A stretch of 64,000 nt of DNA from an uncultured Sphingobium sp. (GTDB lineage Bacteria > Pseudomonadota > Alphaproteobacteria > Sphingomonadales > Sphingomonadaceae): positions 7,102 to 71,101 of the forward strand of contig CAXUEQ010000003.1 in the NCBI GenBank assembly GCA_964250175.1. The letters are read 5' to 3'. The position numbers were made by a program, and so were the translations under genes. Below the pieces are notes generated by a model. The model made no database searches. It had not been told where the DNA came from and worked only from the letters and a program-made list of their open reading frames with translations. Shown here piece after piece: positions 11,301 to 20,477 of this stretch; the stretch's first letter is position 1, and each line of letters starts with the position of its first letter.

Positions 11301-11621
11301 ACATACATCCCCTTTTTCTTATGCATTATCTAAGTATCGACACCTATCCTATAGGAAGATACGGACCTTAAGACAAGAGTAAGGGCGGACGGGATTTTTA
11401 CCCGCGCTCATCGCATTTTTGCGGCAGCCGGGTCGTCAGCCTGGATCGCTCACGATGCCACCATGCTAATCGAGAACTGCCATTCGGGTCCGTTCGGTGC
11501 AGCGGCCGCGCCGCCCGACCGCAAGTCTCACATCAGCTAAGCCGGCGTGAGAGGAGGTCCGAACCTACATTCTATTAGTTTTTTGGATTTCTCCGGACGC
11601 TGGCGAAGAAGTGAATAATCA

Positions 11622-11638
11622 ATGGTGCCGGGGACGGA
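11622..11638 (-). repeat. Distal att core (displaced tRNA-Phe 3' end, one base shorter)
   Basis: ATGGTGCC-GGGGACGGA vs ATGGTGCCCGGGGACGGA at 39613-39630. Confidence 0.88.
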
Positions 11639-11698
11639 AACGCATTAATCGCTGATAATGGCTTTATCTTGAGCTATCCTGTGATATGATTTTTAATG

Positions 11699-11719
11699 TG
11701 GCCCCCAATATGGCCCCCA
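11699..11719. repeat. Putative integrase arm-binding repeats (distal side)
   Basis: TGGCCCCCA at 11699 and 11711 (12-bp period); same motif recurs at 39442-39501. Confidence 0.75.
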
Positions 11720-11776
11720 TACGAGGTTTTGTCTCGATCCGCCTTTGAAATTAGAGGAGGTGTGAACTGTAAAGTT

Positions 11777-12571
11777 CTATCCATCGTCAACGTCGGCATC
11801 GTCACTCATCTGAAGAGTGAGCGCATCGAAATCTAGCCGGACGAACCGACGGTAGTCGCTCAGTGTCAACTCATCTGGTGTTTGAACAAGAACCGAGCAA
11901 TTTGGGCACCAACCTTTGACGAGGTCTGCGATCCGTGGGGAAGCAGCCTTTATCCATGTGTCTCGAATATCTGCTCCCGGATCTTTCTCCAGCACACACA
12001 GAATTTCCACCTCAGCCGGTTTTTCGAGGTCATCTGCCCATATGCGAAATTGCTCAATGCCGTTGAGAAAGCTTCCAAAAGTTCCAGCTGATTTGCCTTT
12101 GGATTTCACCCAGTTGCGAAGTTTCGCCAGACCTCGAGAGCAATCGTCGGGAAATGCAAACCGGTTACGATGCCTAGCCAGAGCATATGCGAAGGCCTGT
12201 TGGTCCGAAACGCTGGGGCAGCCACGAAGAGGATTCAAATCCTTCAAAGCCATTTTATCGACCGTGATGACCATATCCAGATCGGCTAGCAGGCCGGTTT
12301 CCCGCAGGAGAGGCACCACGGCGTATCTCGGACGACCAAACTTGGCTACCTCATCCCATTCGGTCGGTGTCGCAGCCACGAGTGCTGCTAACTGTATGAA
12401 GGGCTTAATTTCGGCATCGCGCACGACGTCACACGTCTGGCTAATTACAACCGCTCCGCGCGATCCAAACTCGCCAAAATTCTGCAAGTCAGCTAGAAAG
12501 GGTATGCTTTCTATGTCAGCGCATACGTCACCTTGCTGCCAGTCAGCTAGCGGAGCCACTGGATCGCTCAT
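11777..12571 (-). CDS. Hypothetical protein with divergent PemK/MazF-like N-terminal domain
   Basis: WQQGDV...AVVISQTCD...IQLAAL...LADLDMVITVDK parallels the MazF pattern RGDI...ALVVS...VAPIT...DQIRTVDK; function inferred. Confidence 0.55.
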   Translation of the reverse strand: MSDPVAPLADWQQGDVCADIESIPFLADLQNFGEFGSRGAVVISQTCDVVRDAEIKPFIQLAALVAATPTEWDEVAKFGRPRYAVVPLLRETGLLADLDMVITVDKMALKDLNPLRGCPSVSDQQAFAYALARHRNRFAFPDDCSRGLAKLRNWVKSKGKSAGTFGSFLNGIEQFRIWADDLEKPAEVEILCVLEKDPGADIRDTWIKAASPRIADLVKGWCPNCSVLVQTPDELTLSDYRRFVRLDFDALTLQMSDDADVDDG

Positions 12572-12586
12572 GGGATCACGGCTCCG

Positions 12587-13264
12587 TTAAATTACCCGCT
12601 GTTTTCTACGCGGGTAGCGTTTCGTGACAGCTGATTGGCTCTCCAGCGGCGCAGAGCTGGACTCCAAAATAGCTGCGTGAACGAACGTGCCTCGGGCTGA
12701 CCTTTCTTCCACTGGAGCAATTTGACTTTGACTCAACAGTTCTTGGCGCAGCTGATGAGGATGCACCGATGAATGATCCCGCACCTTCGTATAAAGGCCG
12801 CGAACTTTAGCATCGTTTGCAGCTGACAGCCGCTCTCCACTCGCCCAAAGATGAACTGCTCGCCGCGACACACCAAAAAGCTTGCTCAAATCATCCCATG
12901 TCAACGCAGCTCGACGCCGCAATTCCGATAACGCCGTGGGTATCGTAATGGTAGTGCGTCGTTCATTGCCAAAGTTCTGGCTAAGAGAGCCTGTTTGAAT
13001 TTGTGCGTTTTCGAGAAGCGCTATGGGTTGATAACCAGCGGGGCTAGTCCCTGCAGCACAGGTGACGAAAGCGACTACGCCTGCGGACAAAAAATACAAT
13101 ATGCGCGGCTCGTTACTCGTGCGATCAATATCCAAAGCTAAGGTCATGTGCCTCGTCAGCCCAGGGAGAGATTCCGAAGCGCGCGGCGGCACGCTCACGA
13201 ATGAGCTAGTCCAAGCGTCGCCTGGATGCGATTGCGGCACATTATGCATCAACTGCGGGTTCAC
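12587..13264 (-). CDS. XRE-type HTH protein (putative antitoxin/regulator)
   Basis: LSELRRRAALTWDDLSKLFGVSRRAVHLWASG helix-turn-helix; overlaps upstream gene. Confidence 0.7.
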   Translation of the reverse strand: MNPQLMHNVPQSHPGDAWTSSFVSVPPRASESLPGLTRHMTLALDIDRTSNEPRILYFLSAGVVAFVTCAAGTSPAGYQPIALLENAQIQTGSLSQNFGNERRTTITIPTALSELRRRAALTWDDLSKLFGVSRRAVHLWASGERLSAANDAKVRGLYTKVRDHSSVHPHQLRQELLSQSQIAPVEERSARGTFVHAAILESSSAPLESQSAVTKRYPRRKQRVI

Positions 13265-14054
13265 AGAAATCTTCCATAAAGGCGGGGGTCATTGCCCACG
13301 AAAAGAAGGAGCAGATTCTATCGGTGAGAGCAATAGCCTGCTGCTCAATATCGGCATGCTCGAATGGTATGGAAACCTCGTTCCATGCGTCCAAATCTAA
13401 AAACCATCGCCTATCTGGAACTGCGGCCTCCATAAATTCATGCTGCATTCCGGCATCAAGAATGCCGTGCTTAACAACTAACGTACCTTCGGGCACACTA
13501 AATGTCGCGACGTTAGTAGAAAACTGAAGATGTTGTACATACGGATCGATTGGTAAGCCCAACAGGTCCGGCCGGACATAATCAGCAAGCCTAGAGAATT
13601 TTTTCGGTCCAAAAACGTTTAGATAGCGAAACCCGAGACGGGTCACAGCAGCAGGCCTATAAACCTCCGCGACCACCTTTATAATTGTTGCCAATAGACC
13701 GAGATAGTCGGAGCGAATTGTGTAATCTCGCTGGGTCTCTAGGGCAACCGATCCCTGGGCGAGGGTGACCCGCCACTGACGCTTAGCATCATAGAAACGC
13801 CAAATTGGTTTTTGGATTACTGCGGATTGAAGTGACCCATCTGGCCCAGCTTGTAGCTGAAGAGCATTTTCCTGCTCAGCTTCCAAAAAAGGGTAAGTAT
13901 CGCGGATGCGATCCTGGAAGTCAGAAACGCCTTGGCCAGAGGGGTCACCAATTTTCAAGATCGGAGGGAAAGCGATCGCGGCTAGCACACGCTCGAGAGG
14001 GGCCGCCCGCAGTCGGAAGTCTGCAGGTGGTGGATCGATGAGCGGGTTAGCCAT
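13242..14054 (-). CDS. TIGR04255-like protein
   Basis: APLERVLAAIAFPPI, WRFYD..RQWRVTL, VTRLGFRYLN, FLDLD, FFSWAMT motifs recognised as this family. Confidence 0.75.
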   Translation of the reverse strand: MANPLIDPPPADFRLRAAPLERVLAAIAFPPILKIGDPSGQGVSDFQDRIRDTYPFLEAEQENALQLQAGPDGSLQSAVIQKPIWRFYDAKRQWRVTLAQGSVALETQRDYTIRSDYLGLLATIIKVVAEVYRPAAVTRLGFRYLNVFGPKKFSRLADYVRPDLLGLPIDPYVQHLQFSTNVATFSVPEGTLVVKHGILDAGMQHEFMEAAVPDRRWFLDLDAWNEVSIPFEHADIEQQAIALTDRICSFFSWAMTPAFMEDFCEPAVDA

Positions 14055-14484
14055 GTGTCAACCTCGGCGGACGGTGTAAGTTTTATCTTCAGCTCAATAT
14101 GTGAAGTAAGTGTGAAGTTTCATACGCGCAAGCGGTTTCAGAGCCAAGACGCATATATAAGCGGAGGCTAGCGTTTCGCGGCCCCGCTACTCCGATTGTT
14201 ATTCGTTTTTCCAAATTTTAGATGATCGGTCCGGTAGCAAAAGGTGAAGCTGATATGCTCGCAGTGACAGTGGAAATGGCCCGCGGCGATCCAAGCGGCA
14301 AAGAAACCTTCGGTCAAATGCGGATCACCGACGAGAGTGCCATGCTGATGTCAACGATCATTCGGTGGCGGTCTCATCAGGGGTGAACAACCGAAAACTT
14401 GGCGGCCCCTAAATTCTAGGTAGCTGGGTTCGGCAAGCTTGTGCCTTCCCTTGCGCTATCCGACGTTCCACTTATGATCCTGTT

Positions 14485-15525
14485 ATGCCTAGCAATGCAT
14501 TTCGGCAAATCGAATGGCCGGTTCCCAAGCAGCTTGTTGACGAGATTGGCGCGCATATTGAGCGAACCGGCGAACCGGAAACCGTGCCCGGCGTGCATTT
14601 AGGGCCGATCGATAAGGGTGAGCCCTTTCATATTCTTCGCAAGATCGAAGTTCCTGTTGAGAAACGAGCGGACGGAAAAATGGCGCCGTGCCCCATGTGC
14701 CAGCCTAACAAGTTTCGGGAAGGCCGGATTGCATGGTTCGGGGCCTTAAAGGCTATCGCAGTCATTGGGCATGAATGTGCAAATAGCGAAATAAACAGGC
14801 TCGCAGAGCGGGAGTTTGCTGTTCGCCAAGCAGTGGAGCAGGCAGAAGCCTATCTATTAGACACTCTCCCACTGATCGTTGAGATGCGCCTCCGTCGCGC
14901 TTCTCTGCAACCGCGCATCGACGTTGCACAAACAGCGTTCGGCCATTTCAGGAAGCGCGGCGCAGCATACCAGAAATTATTGCGACAAGCCACCAAGAGC
15001 TCTGATGTGCTGACTGTCGCAGAGATTTTGAAAAGCAACAGCGGCGGGCCGTCCGGCACTCGAACCGCGGGCTCGACTGTTCAAACCCGCGATGTGCAAT
15101 TCGGTATTCTAGCAGGCCGTAGCGCAATTGCATCGCAATGCACATTAAGGGAATGTTCGAACGGGATTGAAGTCGCATTGGGGCATTTCCCTGCGGTCCT
15201 TGATGATGATCAAATTTTGGACTTTATCAGCAGCCGGTCGCCTGCAGAAAAGATCGAACTGGAAAAGACACTGAGAGGGGCAGCCGATCAGTTAGAGCAG
15301 CTGCCAAGCAAGCTGGATGCGTTTGCGCAGTTCTTCACTCCCGCCAATGCGCACAGAATTGCAGAATGGGGCGGGCACCACGACAACGAGACGCCCATCC
15401 GTGCTGCTTGCTCCCGCTATGATGATCGGGGGGCGGTGTTGTTCGAGCTCACGGGCCTTACAAATAGGGCAGCGCTTATAATTCCAAGCCTGCTATGGCG
15501 CCCAGGTTCTGGACCATTTCCATAA
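14485..15525 (+). CDS. Hypothetical protein with CxxC...HxC putative Zn motif
   Basis: 346-aa ORF; APCPMC...IGHEC followed by a long helical region. Confidence 0.65.
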   Translation: MPSNAFRQIEWPVPKQLVDEIGAHIERTGEPETVPGVHLGPIDKGEPFHILRKIEVPVEKRADGKMAPCPMCQPNKFREGRIAWFGALKAIAVIGHECANSEINRLAEREFAVRQAVEQAEAYLLDTLPLIVEMRLRRASLQPRIDVAQTAFGHFRKRGAAYQKLLRQATKSSDVLTVAEILKSNSGGPSGTRTAGSTVQTRDVQFGILAGRSAIASQCTLRECSNGIEVALGHFPAVLDDDQILDFISSRSPAEKIELEKTLRGAADQLEQLPSKLDAFAQFFTPANAHRIAEWGGHHDNETPIRAACSRYDDRGAVLFELTGLTNRAALIIPSLLWRPGSGPFP

Positions 15526-15718
15526 CGGCCTTGCCCCCATTGAACCATGGGCACAGATGAGGAAGGTTTCATTTGCATATAGCTAGCCATCTGCCGTCCT
15601 ATTATCGCTTCAATTCGGTTTCGCACCCGATTGAATGGACCTTGGGAGCTGGTGTACCAAGCGCTGTCACGGGTATTTGGGAAGCAAGCCTGAAGGTAAT
15701 GGTAGTCATCCGTCATCG

Positions 15719-16090
15719 TCATGCCGATGCTCCGATGCCCATTGCTTCCAGCTTTGAAAGGATCGCCGCCTTAGCGATTGCCCCCATGGTCTCCAGTGAC
15801 CACGCACCCGCCTGGCTCATGGCCGTCTTGGTGAAACGCCAAATATGGGGATCGCGAATCTTGTCGAGATAGTCGTGGCCTTCCCATGTCAGGCGAAGAG
15901 CTATCCAATGGCGGTCGTCGGATGACGTATACGCAGATGTCGCCAATCCGGCCTCGACCAGCAAACGGAAATGATGGCTCACTTCGTGTACGGTGCGGCC
16001 TGGCAGTGGTGGGAGCCTCAGCATCTCCGCGCCGTCCGCTGCCTCCAACTCCAGCATGAGGTCACGAATCAGATCAGGGTCGCGCTTCAT
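15719..16090 (-). CDS. DUF2513-like protein
   Basis: MKRDPDLIRDLMLELE...RLTWEGHDYLDKIRD. Confidence 0.82.
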   Translation of the reverse strand: MKRDPDLIRDLMLELEAADGAEMLRLPPLPGRTVHEVSHHFRLLVEAGLATSAYTSSDDRHWIALRLTWEGHDYLDKIRDPHIWRFTKTAMSQAGAWSLETMGAIAKAAILSKLEAMGIGASA

Positions 16091-16180
16091 GCGGTGAGGA
16101 GAACAAAACCCCGCCCATGTAGGAAAGGGATTTGTTCTGCTCGGGGACGATTGCAAAGCAGGGGCTTAGCCCCCGCCTCA

Positions 16181-16390
16181 TCACTTATGCCGGCCGTATT
16201 GATTTCCGGTTCGGTAATTGGTGTAGTGCCCACCCTTATGACTGGAACCGCTCCGGTTGCCGGAATAGTGCCCGCCGTGGCTGGAGGTGTGATGTCCGCC
16301 GCCATAATAAGGACGTGCTTCGACGGCTGCACCAGCAGCCACCAACGAGACGGCTGCGGCAATCCCGGCCGCTGTGATGAGGCGCTTCAT
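16181..16390 (-). CDS. Small secreted Gly/His-rich protein
   Basis: ATG 16390 coupled to upstream TAA; signal peptide, then HGGHY...SHKGGHYTN. Confidence 0.7.
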   Translation of the reverse strand: MKRLITAAGIAAAVSLVAAGAAVEARPYYGGGHHTSSHGGHYSGNRSGSSHKGGHYTNYRTGNQYGRHK

Positions 16391-16584
16391 TAAACCGGCT
16401 TCGCGCCAGGCGAACCGCACTTGGCGAACTTGCCCTTTGCGTCCTTGCACTTCTTCGGCGCGGTAGGCTTCACGGTCGCGCACTTGATGAATTTTCCCTT
16501 GGCGTCGCGGCACGGTGCCGCGCTCGAAACGGCCGGGATGGCTGCCAGTGAAACAGCGGTGAGAAGCGCAAGCATCGTCTTCAT
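16390..16584 (-). CDS. Small secreted protein with two CxDAKGKFxKC repeats
   Basis: Signal peptide; CRDAKGKFIKC and CKDAKGKFAKC. Confidence 0.75.
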   Translation of the reverse strand: MKTMLALLTAVSLAAIPAVSSAAPCRDAKGKFIKCATVKPTAPKKCKDAKGKFAKCGSPGAKPV

Positions 16585-16641
16585 ATCGGCTATCCTCTCT
16601 GCGGCCCGGATTGAGTCGCTGCGAGATGATAGGCGCGAAGA

Positions 16642-16842
16642 TCAGGCAGGTTCAATCCGCTCGACATCTATCATATCGAATTCGGAACGCTTGCCAATCA
16701 CACGGACGCGCTGGCCAAAAAGCCGCCGATGACGACCGCTCATGTCGAGCCGCCACTCGCCGCCGCCGGAGACCCGCAGCGTGGGATAAATGCCTGTGTC
16801 GAGCAATATGCCTATCAAATCGTGATGCGTGCCTCTTGGCAT
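16642..16842 (-). CDS. DUF5818-like small protein
   Basis: LRVSGGGEWRLD...GQRVRVIGKRSEFDMIDVERI. Confidence 0.7.
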   Translation of the reverse strand: MPRGTHHDLIGILLDTGIYPTLRVSGGGEWRLDMSGRHRRLFGQRVRVIGKRSEFDMIDVERIEPA

Positions 16843-17023
16843 GTGACCCCCATTCGCTAAGTGCCGCATCGGGCTCAGGCTGATCTAATAGCAGAGCAGC
16901 AATGCGCATGCCAAAATAGGATGCCGATGCCAGCGGAGGGTTGCTAGGCCGCGTGGACAAGATCAGCGCGAGAGTGAATGGCTAGGACGGGTGGAGAGCA
17001 GTCCTGGCGCTGTTGACCTGATG

Positions 17024-17356
17024 TCAGACGCGATCTTTCGACCGATCTTCCAGTAATAAATCCTCGCCGCGCTGGCGAACCATGCCAGCGATCGGCCCTG
17101 CCATCAGTGCGAGCATGCCCGGCAGCACGATGCTGGCACGCACCAGATGATCCTCAACGTCGAGCGTACAGGGTATCTCTTGCCCCATCACAGAGACATT
17201 GACGATCATGCGATCCACACTCGGCCAAGATGACGTGACCGTCGCCATGCCTCCCGGGATATGCCGGTGCAAATCGCCAACCCGAGCCGCCATGCGCTGA
17301 CGAACCTCGTCACGGCTTATATTATGCCGCATTTCGATGACGGTTGGCTCTGTCAT
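17024..17356 (-). CDS. Polyhydroxyalkanoate-system (PHA granule region) family protein
   Basis: HNISRDEVRQRM...SW..DRM..VSVMGQ...LPGML pattern. Confidence 0.7.
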   Translation of the reverse strand: MTEPTVIEMRHNISRDEVRQRMAARVGDLHRHIPGGMATVTSSWPSVDRMIVNVSVMGQEIPCTLDVEDHLVRASIVLPGMLALMAGPIAGMVRQRGEDLLLEDRSKDRV

Positions 17357-17562
17357 TTGGATGGCTTGGCGGCGCCAGCATGCGCTGGGTCTTTGTCCGA
17401 CGCAATGCCCTCTCCGCCAGCAGCCGAGTCATCATCATAATCTTCGGGATTACCACCACCGCCCGCGCCAGCACCACTGCCCTCTACCTCGCCCACACCG
17501 GGCACGGCGCGCTTACCGCGATTTTTGGCGGCTTCATGGTCGGGGTCTTTGTCGATCGTCAT
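17353..17562 (-). CDS. Small acidic/Gly-rich hypothetical protein
   Basis: GGAGAGGAG RBS; GSGAGAGGGGNPEDYDDD; ATGA overlap with next gene. Confidence 0.6.
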   Translation of the reverse strand: MTIDKDPDHEAAKNRGKRAVPGVGEVEGSGAGAGGGGNPEDYDDDSAAGGEGIASDKDPAHAGAAKPSK

Positions 17563-17837
17563 GTTCAATCTCCTCTCCGCATAAACGTGCAAAAGGAGCG
17601 TCGTTTCCATCGCAGGAGCCGGTCGTAAATTAGGGTTCAATTCATTGTGCGTTCCAGCTTTACGGCTCCGGCTTTCGTTGCAAGCCTCGAAACCCGACGA
17701 GACATCGCCGCTCAATCTCGGGACAGCTCGCTTACAAGATCGTCATGAACCGCGTCTATCATCCGATTTGGAGCATCACAAAACTTGCACAATCAACGGC
17801 TTCCCGTTCTTATCTTTGAAACGGGCAGGAGGGGCTA

Positions 17838-18476
17838 TTGTCGAAGAACACGGGAGCGTTGGCAGGCTGGGGTATTGCCGGCATCTTGACTCTCGCATTG
17901 ATCGGACAATGTTCGAAATCCCCGACCGGCAAGGCGATCGACAACGAGGCGGCCGCCATTCCGATGATTCGCTACGTTTCCGCTCGCTCACTGAATTGCC
18001 GTCTAGAGCCAGCGCCTACAGCCGGTGTATCGCGAGGGCTGAAGCGCGGAGAGCAACTCTCAGTCGGTGAAGAGAAGGACGGTTGGGTCCAAGTCAATTC
18101 TTCACCTCCATGCTGGGTGACGGCACGCTATTTGTCCGACACGCCCGTTCCCGGTGCCGCGTTATCGAGAGGCGCGGCCGCACCCATCTCCGCGCTGTCT
18201 TCGAGCGCAGCTGGCGCGTCCTCATCCCGGAGTGATGTGGGCTATTCATCATTTAACCCCCGCCAGTCTGCGGGCTCGACCAGCAGCATAGATGTTCCGC
18301 ATTTCACTGCCTTGGAGAAGCGAAAGGCAAGGAAGGCAAGAAGGAAGAAGGCAAGCCGTAAGGCCCGGAACTATGATGCAGGGGGATGCCCATGTTCCGG
18401 CAGGAATGTGTGCATCGGACCACGCGGCGGTCGCTATTGCATCACGAGCGGCGGCAATAAGCGATATGGCGTCTGA
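17838..18476 (+). CDS. SH3b-domain exported protein with Cys-rich C-terminal tail
   Basis: N-terminal TM; RYVSARSLNCR..P...GWVQV...WVTARYLS; CPCSGRNVCIGPRGGRYCI. Confidence 0.75.
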   Translation: MSKNTGALAGWGIAGILTLALIGQCSKSPTGKAIDNEAAAIPMIRYVSARSLNCRLEPAPTAGVSRGLKRGEQLSVGEEKDGWVQVNSSPPCWVTARYLSDTPVPGAALSRGAAAPISALSSSAAGASSSRSDVGYSSFNPRQSAGSTSSIDVPHFTALEKRKARKARRKKASRKARNYDAGGCPCSGRNVCIGPRGGRYCITSGGNKRYGV

Positions 18477-18553
18477 TTAGCTGAAACAGCCGTGTAATGC
18501 CGGGCGCGATTACACAGGAATTGCGGTGAGAAATGTTTAGCTACTGAGATAGA

Positions 18554-18772
18554 TTAATAGGCTTGAGGGTCCAATGGCTCATCTCCGACCACTGGATAGC
18601 CGCAATATTGCGCTGGAAGAGGGTGGCATTGCCTCCAACGTTTGTCGGCGGCTACGACTAGGACATGGCCCTCCGGCCGGAGAACGCACAGCACTGTGCC
18701 CTTCCAGCTAGGCAGCTTCAACTCGGCGGCTAAGCGCCGGGCGGCAGATCGAGGCGCGACATCCTGTATCAA
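18554..18772 (-). CDS. Small protein coupled to the protease gene
   Basis: TTG start overlaps protease TGA (TTGA); LPAQYCGYPV motif. Confidence 0.55.
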   Translation of the reverse strand: MIQDVAPRSAARRLAAELKLPSWKGTVLCVLRPEGHVLVVAADKRWRQCHPLPAQYCGYPVVGDEPLDPQAY

Positions 18773-19914
18773 ACGTTGTGACCATATATCAGTTCGACTG
18801 CGAGTTGGTTAACAATCGGTCGAATGGGCAGTATGAACGATTGCCCACGGCTTTCGTTGCCTGCGAACACGAGCCCAACGGCGCGGCGCACTCCGTCCGG
18901 CCAGTGGCCGACAACCAGAGATCCGGAGTCTCCTGGACGAGAGAAGGGCAGGCCATTTTCCCCTTCTACGATCCATGCCTCGTCGAAGTAGACCGTCTTG
19001 TTGATCCCATACTCTCTAAGGGTATAGCCCACTGCCAACGGTGATGCAGAGACACCTATGACGCGGCCGGTAGTAAACCCAGTAGTCCGACCGCTCTTTT
19101 CAACCAGCAGGCCGCCCATCGGATCGCGTATTTCGGCTGGGGTATCATATTGGTCTCCCTGCATCGAAGAAACCTGCCCGGCGTCCTCAATCTCGAAAAT
19201 TGCAGCGTCCCAGTTCAATCTAACATCGATGTTTTCTGGAATGCCTTCATTGATCGGCAGGAGCCTTGAGTGGCGGCCGATCGTGAATGGGCTGATATTT
19301 TCTTCGGTGGCATCAAGCGGGCCTGGACATAGGATTGGGATTCCGGGCACGGCACAATTGCACCCTCCAGAGACGTGATTGTTGCTTAAACCGAATATCT
19401 TTCCTGTTGCGTCCTTCACTAGAGCGCCGAGGGTCCCTGCTCCAAAGCAATTCACGGGATGGATCGACGACCCGCAAGCGATTGAACCGTTGTGCAGAAA
19501 ATAGGGATAATTCGCGTCCGGTGAGGGGATACCTCCCTTTACGCTTGCTGTTCCGCCCAGAGCATACGCAATGCGGACCCCACCAGTAATCTGGAACGGC
19601 ATCTTTTCGCGCTCTGCCTTAGTTAGCTTCGCGTGCGTGAAGATTGTGACTTTCCGCTCAGCTTCGCTGTAGGCGACCAGGGTGATCGCCCTTTTCTTAA
19701 GGACCGCCTTAACTGCCTGCGACTCGAAAAGGTTTTGAGGAAGGAGTTCTATGTCGGTCACCTCGTCCTCAACGGAATCTTCGACCGGCCCCTTGGCGAA
19801 AAGGTGATTCTGCTTTGCCCAGGACAAGATGCTTTCTGCGGCCTGCTTCGCCGACAACTGCTCCTCATTATCGCTGCCAGCGGCTTCCTCACCCTCAAAA
19901 ATATCGTCAGACAT
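18769..19914 (-). CDS. Cytoplasmic trypsin-like (Nal1-type) serine protease
   Basis: Triad motifs LSNNHV, DAAIF, PGDSGS; KSGRTTG; no signal peptide. Confidence 0.82.
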   Translation of the reverse strand: MSDDIFEGEEAAGSDNEEQLSAKQAAESILSWAKQNHLFAKGPVEDSVEDEVTDIELLPQNLFESQAVKAVLKKRAITLVAYSEAERKVTIFTHAKLTKAEREKMPFQITGGVRIAYALGGTASVKGGIPSPDANYPYFLHNGSIACGSSIHPVNCFGAGTLGALVKDATGKIFGLSNNHVSGGCNCAVPGIPILCPGPLDATEENISPFTIGRHSRLLPINEGIPENIDVRLNWDAAIFEIEDAGQVSSMQGDQYDTPAEIRDPMGGLLVEKSGRTTGFTTGRVIGVSASPLAVGYTLREYGINKTVYFDEAWIVEGENGLPFSRPGDSGSLVVGHWPDGVRRAVGLVFAGNESRGQSFILPIRPIVNQLAVELIYGHNV

Positions 19915-20183
19915 GCCCGCCCCCTAGAATTCCATTGTTTCGTTACTGCAACTTGCCTCGCTTTGTCACCCTATCCAGCAGTCGTCCCTACACCGCCTGC
20001 CCGCATAACGATCCCAACGCAGCACAGTCCTTGACTGCATCATCGCGCAGCTCAGGTCAGGCGCGCTATCGAGCGTCGTAGATCGAGAGGCTCCTCTCGC
20101 GACGTAGAGTTGTCAGGCGAAACTAGAGCAACCGGCGCGGACTCACTTACCGATTTGGGGCTCTCAGCATCGGCGGCGGCTTC

Positions 20184-20453
20184 TTACCAGCCCGAAGTCT
20201 TGGGCCTGTTCTGGGGCGTGCCGAAGGGATTGCTAGTGGATGGACGGTAAGGATCAACCGTTCCCGCTTTGCCCGTATTTGGGTTCCAGTTACCCTGTGT
20301 GGACCAGTTGTCGAGCTTCGTACTGTTGGGGTTGGTCCGTTCATGCGGTGCCACGTAGACACCGTCCGCCCGAACGTGACCACGCACGGTTGTGCTGCCC
20401 TGCGCGAATGCTGGGCCAGCGAGTATGACGGATAACAGTACGATTTTCTTCAT
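20184..20453 (-). CDS. Small secreted protein
   Basis: Signal peptide; VRGHVRADGVYVAPH...DNWSTQGN.NP.TGK.G. Confidence 0.72.
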   Translation of the reverse strand: MKKIVLLSVILAGPAFAQGSTTVRGHVRADGVYVAPHERTNPNSTKLDNWSTQGNWNPNTGKAGTVDPYRPSTSNPFGTPQNRPKTSGW

Positions 20454-20477
20454 GCGACCACTCCTTCGGTGTCGAAC

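Noticed and set aside
7600-11620. TonB receptor/esterase block as an older tandem island at the same tRNA
   Set aside because: Only a weak CTTCGCCA resemblance next to the att copy; no further att repeat or integrase was found.
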